Assembly (NCBI GenBank): GCA_963693365.1
Contig: CAVNZM010000001.1
Coordinates: 16,301,840-16,365,839 of the forward strand
Origin: Amoebidium appalachense
Taxonomy: Eukaryota; Protista; Ichthyosporea
Reading direction: 5' to 3'
DNA length: 64,000 bases
This document shows positions 34,182 through 64,000 of this stretch, piece after piece; position 1 is the stretch's first letter, and each line of letters begins with the position of its first letter. The translations under genes were made by a program, and so were the position numbers. The notes beneath the pieces are model-generated. The model saw nothing but the letters and a program-made list of their open reading frames with translations, searched no databases and was not told the DNA's origin.

Positions 34182-35082
34182 CCCTGTGTGTGTGTGTGTA
34201 TGCGTGTGTGGTGGTGGTGTATGATGCCACGGTGGTGGTGGTGGTGGTGGGGGGGGGGGGGGGGGGAGGGGGGGAGGGCTCGGGAGGGGGGGGGGGGGGG
34301 GGAGGGGGGGATTGCCTATGATACCCAAGTTAACTGTTAGAGGGATTGTTACGTAATTTCAAGTGTAAGACACTTAATAGTTCAAATTTCGTGGTTTTCT
34401 ACTACTGTAAATATAAGTTCTTGTGTTGCTAAGATCAGAGTGTACCAGTATCACAGTTATTTTTCGGAACACTATGTAAAACTTTGTTTAGACATTTAGA
34501 AGGAGCTTCAAGCTGAGTTACTGTATCATTGAATAAAAATTTTGTTCGAACGTGAAATTGCAAGTGTACGCAAACCTGCATGTCCGACCATTTATTATGG
34601 CAATCTACAAATTTGGACACTTGTTCACTATATAAGACACGGGAAAGAACCAGCAAAACATGTGTCTCGGACTTTGCTTGTACCCACACGGTGGTTAAGA
34701 TCACTACCTGACGATCACTAGAGTCGTGTGTTTTCCTTCAGTCTGAACAGCCGTCCTTTGCGCAAACTACGTGTATATACCCAATTACGATATATTTCAA
34801 CACGTACATCCGGAAGATCTATGTCTGCTTCTCGCTCTTGTTCGCCTCTGCTTATATGTTTTGCTTTTTTGTTTTGTACCCATGTGAGGTCATCCTCAGA
34901 GGCACTGCAGCCCGCCCACGTGTGGTTAGGGGATGGCTTGGGGGTTTGCCTGTCCCTGACATATACACTGTGACGCCCCCCCCTACCCCTAGTATCCATC
35001 CACATGCTTATATGTTTGCACCCACGTACTAGCCTTATCCATGTGTGAGGACACACACTATCCTTCTCTTGTGCGCTTAACA

Positions 35083-35282
35083 TGTGACGTAGATATACAT
35101 CGAGTCACCCCAGACACGGAAGCCCCCCAGATCAATAAACATCACGATGTAAATGGGGCTTCCGGGACCTGGCGTCCTCAGTCTTTTCCTTGTCCAAAAC
35201 ATAGTTCTTGTCAACGAAAGCTGTGACCATCCGACTTTCATCCGTGTTCGAATTCATATTCCCATCACATTTCGATGTCGCA
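35083..35282 (+). mobile_element. LTR (~200 bp), copy 1
   Basis: TGTGACGT...ATGTCGCA termini (TG..CA, imperfect inverted repeat); internal AATAAA; highly similar to the reverse complement of 42880-43090. Confidence 0.8.
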
Positions 35283-35606
35283 CAGCTGTAACACACCTTG
35301 TAAGCAGCGCGCTGCGCCGGGCCGCCCCATGGTGACCACAACTTGGCACTCAGCCGGGCACCGTGAATGTGTACGCCCGTGCACATGGATATGTAAATAT
35401 GTACGCATGTATACAGTGGACTTATCCACCCAAATTACATATGCCAGAAATCGGGAAGCAGATTCTTTTCATACATATCCAAAGCTATTGGCTTCTTTAT
35501 TCCCGGTATTCAAGATATAGGTATCTTTTGTCGACCGTTACTGTACAGTACAGCTGCAGAACGTGTTCAAGCTCCCTGTGCCCTGCAAGAGCTCGAGGAG
35601 GAGGAG

Positions 35607-35638
<32 letters not shown>

Positions 35639-35988
35639 TAATGGAGAAGGGGTGAGATAGGGGAGAGGGAGCTCGAGAGAGAGAGGAAGTTCGTGGTAAG
35701 GAGAAGAGAGAGAAAAAATATGCGAAGGGATCGAAGAGAAGGGTGAGCTAGTCGACGTCGACGTCGAGAGAAGGGCTCGGTCGCGAACATGCAAAGAAGG
35801 GGCATGGAGGGAGAAGGATCCGAGGGAGCTCGAGGGGAGAAAGGGAGTGTGTGTGTGTATGTGGTTGGGGTCCCCGGGGGGTGGGGGGGGGGGGGGGGGG
35901 GGAAGGGGGAGAGAGGGAGAGGGAGAGAGAGAAACCGAGTGACTCAGTGGCACCTTCTCAATGCTTTCCCTATCGGCATCCAATATCA

Positions 35989-36031
<43 letters not shown>

Positions 36032-36074
36032 AAAAAAAATTTTTAAGGGGGGTGGGGCGGTGGGACTCGGGGGG

Positions 36075-36113
<39 letters not shown>

Positions 36114-36114
<1 letters not shown>

Positions 36115-38115
36115 GTTGGAGTGCAGACTTACGCTCACTCCACAATATGTGTATGTTAGCTTTACAATTGGTTCCGTGTACACAGACACACGCTGACACT
36201 CGATCACCACATGCACATCTGCATAGTTGAGGAATGTTGCCAATTGTGTTTTGACTGCAAACGATTGGTTCACTGGTCCCAGAGATCTCTAAATGAAAGT
36301 AACCAATCCGATTAGCACCTGGCATCCGGATTACATTCCAGACTGCTGCCCCACGGGTATATAAGCCACGTCTCTGCCAGGTGCAGTCATGGAGTTCAGT
36401 CATGGAGTTCAGTCATGGAGTTCAGTCATGGAGTTCAGTCATGGAGTTCAGTCATGGAGTTCAGACATGGAGTTCAGACATGGAGTTCAGTCATGGAGTT
36501 AAGTCATGGAGTTAAGTCATGGAGTTCAGTCATGGAGTTAACACACTGAAAGCAGTAAAAAAAACGGGTCAGCGCCCAAGCGCGCCACGACGACCCTAGT
36601 CACAGCGGACTCTACTTCCAACAGGGTTATGGGCCCAGACACGACACCGCGGCCTCTAACTTCACGTCCCCTACGACGCCTTGAACGGAGGAGCCCAGAA
36701 ACCGACTTCTAGGCTGTACCCTACACCCGCGAGCGTATTTCCGTGAAGTAGAGACTTTCGCTTCCACAAACTCCATCCGCAGCAGCCTGCGACATCAACG
36801 TCAAGTATTCCACTTCATTGGCGGGGCACGCACCACAGTGGAATGCACACCCCGGTCTACCCTGCAAGCAGCCACACTCACTCTCTCTTCTCTACAGTGG
36901 TGTGTACACTTCTCCAATTGGGTAGGGGTGTTGGAGTGCAGACTTACGCTCACTCCACAATATGTGTATGTTAGCTTTACAATTGGTTCCGTGTACACAG
37001 ACACACGCTGACACTCGATCACCACATGCACATCTGCATAGTTGAGGAATGTTGCCAATTGTGTTTTGACTGCAAACGATTGGTTCACTGGTCCCAGAGA
37101 TCTCTAAATGAAAGTAACCAATCCGATTAGCACCTGGCATCCGGATTACATTCCAGACTGCTGCCCCACGGGTATATAAGCCACGTCTCTGCCAGGTGCA
37201 GACATGGAGTTCAGACATGGAGTTCAGTCATGGAGTTCAGTCATGGAGTTCAGTCATGGAGTTCAGTCATGGAGTTCAGCCATGGAGTTCAGTCATGGAG
37301 TTAACACACTGAAAACAGTAAAGAAACGGGTCAGCGCCCAAGCGCGCCACGACGACCCTAGTCACAGCGGACTCTACTTTCAACAGGGTTATGGGCCCAG
37401 ACACGACACCGCGGCCTCTAACTTCATTAGAGACTTTCGCTTCCACAAACTCCATCCGCAGCAGCCTGCGACATCAACGTCAAGTATTCCACTTCATTGG
37501 CGGGGCACGCACCACAGTGGAATGCACACCCCGGTCTACCCTGCAAGCAGCCACACTCACTCTCTCTTCTCTAGTGGTGTGTACACTTCTCCAATTGGGT
37601 AGGGGTGTTGGAGTGCAGACTTACGCTCACTCCACAATATGTGTATGTTAGCTTTACAATTGGTTCCGTGTACACAGACACACGCTGACACTCGATCACC
37701 ACATGCACATCTGCATAGTTGAGGAATGTTGCCAATTGTGTTTTGACTGCAAACGATTGGTTCACTGGTCCCAGAGATCTCTAAATGAAAGTAACCAATC
37801 CGATTAGCACCTGGCATCCGGATTACATTCCAGACTGCTGCCCCACGGGTATATAAGCCACGTCTCTGCCAGGTGCAGTCATGGAGTTCAGTCATGGAGT
37901 TCAGTCATGGAGTTCAGTCATGGAGTTCAGTCATGGAGTTCAGTCATGGAGTTCAGACATGGAGTTCAGACATGGAGTTCAGTCATGGAGTTAAGTCATG
38001 GAGTTAAGTCATGGAGTTCAGTCATGGAGTTAACACACTGAAAGCAGTAAAAAAAACGGGTCAGCGCCCAAGCGCGCCACGACGACCCTAGTCACAGCGG
38101 ACTCTACTTCCAACA
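36114..38115 (-). mobile_element. Partial-tandem non-coding element (units 815, 677 and 510 bp; A-B-A) joined to poly(G) at both ends, with internal 13-bp repeat arrays
   Basis: Units 36114-36928, 36929-37605, 37606-38115; CATGGAGTTCAGT arrays of 12, 8 and 12 copies; minus-strand 3' end reads TCCAACA(C)n. Strand is inferred from the C-run polarity and G-U pairing. Confidence 0.75.
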
Positions 38116-38530
38116 GGGGGGGGGCTTTCTCCAAGTTGCTAAACCCGTAAATTATATGCTTTGAACTTCCACTCGGTTGTCGGAGCTTGGCCGCATGCAC
38201 AAAATGCAGTAAGGTTTTCTTGTGTGTGTCTGTATTCAATGGTCACTTCTGTGGCACTCTGTACAATTTAGCCCTCTTTCCAATACACCAACTTGACTCT
38301 GTATGATTTAGCCCTCTCTCCACTACACCCTACACTTGGCTTTGAGCTGGTAGCGGTGGGGAGAGAAGGAGGGAGGGGAAAGGGGGAGTGGGACATTGGC
38401 AACTTGAAACTTTAATAATATATAGTCCGGATCCAGGCCAAAATGTAGCTTATTGTGAACCTGGTCACCGTGCCAGTTCTGAGAACTTATTAACACATCA
38501 TCATCAAGTCCAAGAATGGTAGCTGTCCCT

Positions 38531-38675
38531 CATAATACCGTAGCACCCTAGCTAGCGTACTGTCCGACTCGGTGCTGGGTGGAAGACGGTATTTTCCCCT
38601 GAGGGCCCAAGAGGTCCCTCGGTCCCGGAACAAAACGGGATAAAAAAAATGATAAAAAAAAAAAGAAAAAAAAAA
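38531..38675 (+). mobile_element. Short poly(A)-tailed retroposed insertion (SINE or LINE 3' end) with 12-bp TSD
   Basis: GTAGCTGTCCCT at 38519-38530 and 38676-38687; A-rich tail; related copy at 57284-57368. Confidence 0.85.
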
Positions 38676-39191
38676 GTAGCTGTCCCTTGTGATTACGAGG
38701 CTCGCTGATGACATACTACTGTGAATCAGATATTAGTAGTACTAAAAACTATAGTGGCACACCGTATGATAGTGCTAATACCGTACATGTGTGCCAACTG
38801 GGCAGCAAGCGCTGACTTCGATATTCGCTGACAAAAGGCAACACGTGCACGTTGCGACTCAGGTCTGTGAGCACATAACTATTATCATAATGGCCAGCTG
38901 GGCTTTGGTTTGAATTAAGTAGTAACCGGGGCACTAACGTATCATATAGGAACAATGTAATCTCCCCTCCCCCCTGGTTTTCATGCTCGTCTGTGATCAT
39001 GGAGGTTCGTTGTGTAAAAGCCGGAGAATAAATCTACTACATAAATAAATAAATATTTGAGTAATGATTAAAAAATCTTCGGCTCCGATGTCCTGTTTTC
39101 AGCATGTTTTACACAACCGTCGACAGCATCCGCTTGCAACCCCCCCAAAACTGTCGTTTCGTTCCTGAGGAACAGTGGGAGGGGAAGGGGG

Positions 39192-39225
<34 letters not shown>

Positions 39226-39959
39226 GGGGGGGGGGGGGGTTTCAGTGCCATTGCGGGTCATTAAAGTCTACAAGGGGCTCGAATTCAGTGATGGCATGTG
39301 GCCTAATGGAATTTTTTTTCGGTCACTCCAGGGTATTTATTGGCCAGAAATTAATAACTCTTAACGCCTATCGAATCATCAGTCTGTGTGGCTTTGTCTT
39401 CAGAGTTTTGGGAAACTGGCTATGCGGAAAAGTACCCCCCTTTCCTTCCGGTAAAGACGTATGGTGTTTCTCCCTGTTTGCCACGGGGGAGGTAGAGACA
39501 GATCTCTCGGCCTGCTTACTGTAGAAGAAGGAGGGAGATATATCCCGAGTGAGATATGTCATATCTCACTGCCTATCGCTTGGGAGGGAAAGAATCTCTC
39601 TCTGCTTGTCGTAGAGAGGGAGGGAGAGGGTAGGCTACTTACACGGGGTACGCTACTTTCAAGAGTCTTCAAAATGGAGATTCTGGCGCAAGAAATCTCG
39701 GAGGATACAAGTTTCTTGCTAGAAAGCTGGCCATGCACGCTGCGTACCCCAAGAAAAAAGAAAAGAAAGTAAGAAAGAAATAAAGAGGAAAAAAATGCTT
39801 TTAGTTTTGTGCAGGCCACAGTCAATCTGTTTTCACATTTTTTTTGGGCATGTAATCACTGTTCTCTTGTGATAGTTGAGAGGGAAGATGGGGAAACAGG
39901 GTTAGGTATGGGCGGGGGGGGGGGGGTGTGAAGGAAGAAGGAGGAGGGGGGAGGGGGGT

Positions 39960-39994
<35 letters not shown>

Positions 39995-40160
39995 GGGGGG
40001 GGGGGGGGGGGGGAGGGTTTGTACGGTTAAATGGAGGGGCTGGGGGAGCCAAGCAAGGGCAAGCAGGAGATTACAGGAAACAGGAAAGGAAGTACATAAG
40101 CCTTAAGAAGCTGCAAAAGTGGGTGTGTGGGGAAAGAGGGTGAGTGGGGGAAAGGTTGAA

Positions 40161-40201
<41 letters not shown>

Positions 40202-40522
40202 GGGGTTGTATGCCTGTAGGTGTACGTGCCTGTGTGTCTATGCATGTGTGGAGAAAGGGGAAGGAAGAGAAAGGTAAAGTTCTTATGATCTTCCGGTGCT
40301 TTCGACAAATTTGGCCGAGGACTTCGTCACAAGATGGCCATGGTTCTTTTAATATTTTAGCCACAAATAGGGGGGGAAATTGTATTAAATAAAGACATTC
40401 AGCTTTGCAGGAACCCACAACGTATGTGCTCTCTCCCCCACCCCCCTTTCCCCCCCCCCCTTCCCCTCCTCCTCCTCCTCCTCCCCGCCGCCTCCCCTCG
40501 TCCCCCCCCTTGCCCAGGGCGG

Positions 40523-40577
<55 letters not shown>

Positions 40578-42120
40578 GGGGGGGGGGGGGGGGAGGGGGG
40601 GCGGGAGAACATCCGTAGTGTGTCATGTCTATGTAACCATTACTAGTTTCAATGTTCCTTATAACCACTGCCAGTAAATCATAGTACTTTCATATGATTA
40701 TGGTATCTGAGCCTAGTAGTCATGACCGTGACAGCCGGGAGGGATGGTGCCCCCCCCCCCCCCCCCCCCTCCCCCCAACCTCCACCCCACCACCACCACC
40801 AACAACAACACCACCACCACCACCAATCCCACCGCGCATTTTGGGTGCCGGGCCCGGTTCCCCGGGGCCCCCTCCACCCCCTGCTAGCCAGGGGGTTGGG
40901 CGAGTCCTCTTCCCCAGCCCCCTCTACCCAAGTTGCTGCTACCTTCCTTTCTTCCTCCCCCCCTCCCCTCCCCCTGCCCCCTCAAGGGTCCAAATCAGGC
41001 TTCCCTAAGCAGATACAACCTGATGCCAGGAGAGAGACAGAAACTGCCCTCGGGCACGCCCGCACACCTGCACGTACACATTGCATTCTGCTGTACCTAC
41101 TAGGATCCCCTGTCTGCCAGACAGGATGGCTATGACACAAGAAGTGAACAGCCAGTGACTTGGCGAGGTAAACATAATCATTAGCGCTGGCCTACTAGTA
41201 CTATAATGGCATTTATTGGTACCATACAATACAACGCACACATGCACAACTTGAAAAACACACGTGCACGCAGAGAAACACGCATGCAGTCGGCGGCGGA
41301 TGTGCTCACTGCAACTGTAATGGTTGCCGGCACATTATCATGTGCGCATGCACACACACACACACACACACACTCACCTCCTTTTTCTCTAACTCCACAT
41401 ATCCGAAACCCCTCTCCCCCCCCCCCCCCCCCCACTGGCACCCCCCTCTGGCGCACACACGTGCATGCATGCATCGCCAACAACACACAAAATCACGCAG
41501 GAACATTTTCTGAGAAACCCCAAATCCACCTGTGGACATCGTCACATGCCCCCACAACCGACGGTCCCCAGCATGGTCACTTTCCACCAGTCCGGAATGA
41601 AACCATCAACACGCCCATCTAGGTTTCCATACACAACCCCCTCGAACCCACCCCAAGGACCCAAAGAACACTACCGTGACCACTGCACTGCCATCACGCA
41701 GCAGTTCAGGTGCAGCTGCTGGTGCAAAGTTTAAAGGGGGTTTCTTTTGGCTTTTCGAGCCGGGCCGGGTCAGAGGGGATTCTAGCTATATGATTGGCGT
41801 ACTGCGCAACATCGTTTTGCCGGCAGCAAGGTACAGATGCGCCATAATTTGACAACAAAGAAAAAGAAAAGAGAAAAGAGAAATCAAGAATGGAATAATA
41901 ATGATAAAGCTTTAGGAAGAAGATTGCAGTTCATATCATGGTTTATATGCTGAGTAAATGGCTTGACCCGAATGTGCCGGAATGGGGACAATTAACTAAT
42001 CGGCCACGGCCATCTAGAAACACCTAGATGGCCGTGCTAATCGGCCTAAAAGAAACCCCCTTTAATGCTACCCCTGCTGGCCTCGCATCAGCCGCACACA
42101 TAACCCACCAAGGGACTCGG

Positions 42121-42160
<40 letters not shown>

Positions 42161-42163
42161 GCA

Positions 42164-42195
<32 letters not shown>

Positions 42196-42204
42196 CACAC
42201 TCAC

Positions 42205-42241
<37 letters not shown>

Positions 42242-42699
42242 GTCACACACACACACGCGCGCGCGCGCGCGCACACACACACACACACACAGATACATAC
42301 CACCCACACACATTAACAATATATATAATGCGTTGTTTGCCGGACCTCAAATCCGGAATTTGGAGGGGACCAAAGGCCATTTTGTGAGGCATCAAAAACC
42401 ATCGAAACGTTGCTTAGTTGTTTTTATGACATCAAAATCGCAAAATATTCTTGCGATACTAATGAAAAAGCCTAAAATAACTATATATTTGATAATGAGA
42501 AAATTGAAATATAGGGTGGCGTTTCTCGTGCTTTGCTTATACGCACAAAGTATCAGGACCAAAACTTGCCGATCACTGTGGTCGTGTGTGGAAAAATGGG
42601 AAGAGATGATGCGCTCATGAGAAATGGGCTGGTGCGAAAACCGAGGTGTGTGTGCTTTCTAAATGAAAAATGATATGGCTGTTGCAAAAAAAATGGCCT

Positions 42700-43090
42700 C
42701 ATTGCGGGGCGACGTCCGAATAAGTAAGCAAATGTATCCTCGTGTATCCGTAGTTATCCGTGGACTGCCGTGACCATCCGTCCGTAAAGATGAGCTATCG
42801 TACCATGCTACCAGAGCGCGCGTGTGGAAGCGTGTTTACCTGGTTACCCCACGAGGGAGACCTTCCTTCTCTGCTACCATGCGACATTGAAATGTGATGG
42901 GAATATGAATTCGAACACGGATGAAAGTCGGATAGGGGACCGATGGTCACAGCTTTCGTTGACAAGAAATATGTTTTGGACAAGGAAAAGACTGAGGACG
43001 CCAGGTCCCGGAAGCCCCATTTACATCGTGATGTTTATTGATCTGGGGGGCTTCCAATACTGGGGTGACTCGATGTATATCTACGTCACA
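42700..43090 (-). mobile_element. LTR copy 2 (42880-43090) followed by a primer-binding site and truncated internal region
   Basis: The minus strand immediately 3' of the LTR reads TGGTAGCAGAG, complementary to the 3' end of animal-type initiator tRNA-Met. Confidence 0.8.
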
Positions 43091-43521
43091 GCTGGTGCGC
43101 AACGGCGTTTCGATTGGTTCAGCGAGCATCTGCTAAAGCAAGTGTCGATCAACAGTGCGTGATACTAAGTCAATTATCTTCCAGAATATACAAACAACCG
43201 ATCCGAGCGCAGCATACTTGCTTAGCGATTGGCTTGACATGAATGGAGGCCAATAAATCGGCCAGAAGAAACTTCAGGCTCACAAAGTCCATTGGCTGTA
43301 AGTTTATCAAACTGTAGTTTGGCACAACACACCTGTTACATAAAGTAACACCCCAAAAGGATAAGGAAACGGGGAACGTGTGCGTTTGTTCGTGTATCTG
43401 TATGTACTTGTGTATGTAGGAGGCAAGATTACACAAACACTCCATGAGGCTTAAAAAACGCAGGAAACACAGGGAAAATAGAGAGTAGCATGGCGATGCC
43501 ATGAAATAGCATGGCCATGAA

Positions 43522-63981
<20,460 letters not shown>

Positions 63982-64000
63982 GTGGGTGACTCGTGATGAA

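Noticed and set aside
35567-37895. Repeated minus-strand ~110-aa ORFs (MTELHDCTW...)
   Set aside because: They start inside the 13-mer array, have no recognisable motif, and recur only because the DNA unit repeats.
36388-38035. 13-bp repeat arrays as CRISPR-like or telomeric repeats
   Set aside because: Contiguous repeats without spacers, no cas genes, and internal to a larger repeat unit.
35083-43090. The inverted 200-bp repeats as TIRs of an 8-kb DNA transposon
   Set aside because: Each copy has TG..CA ends and AATAAA, one has a PBS, there is no outer TSD and no transposase inside; LTRs fit better.
43243-43297. Alternative first exon MEANKSARRNFRLTKSIG with a GTAAGT donor
   Set aside because: Phase-compatible but lacks a signal peptide; 43522-43591 gives a better one. 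Cannot be excluded without RNA data.

Overview
Eukaryotic genomic DNA with long introns saturated by (CA)n/(GT)n, (CT)n and 15-45 nt poly(C)/poly(G) tracts. An opisthokont protist such as an ichthyosporean is my guess, not shown by the data. Almost all ORFs in the supplied track are microsatellite artefacts. Manual GT-AG splicing gives four host genes: (1) the 3' part of a ChAPs/exomer (Bud7/Bch1-like) gene, 789-9011 +; (2) a Ppn1/acid-sphingomyelinase-like metallophosphoesterase, ~16060-27794 +; (3) an intronless secreted Cys/Pro-rich protein, 29533-30825 -; (4) a large secreted protein with ten one-exon Cys-rich modules followed by a heparinase II/III-like lyase domain, 43522 to at least 63981 +. 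The most striking non-genic signal is an apparent poly(C)-targeting retroelement system. It comprises a 5'-truncated Penelope-like RT inside a C-run (5601-6409), at least 10 short non-coding copies ending in C-runs with a conserved, covarying RNA fold, a stuttering minisatellite around one copy, and an A-B-A tandem element joined to poly(G) at both ends (36114-38115). Also present: a LINE fragment, a polyA insertion with a 12-bp TSD, and two inverted LTRs whose flanks suggest inversion of the 7.6 kb between them. All calls are by eye; no database search was run.
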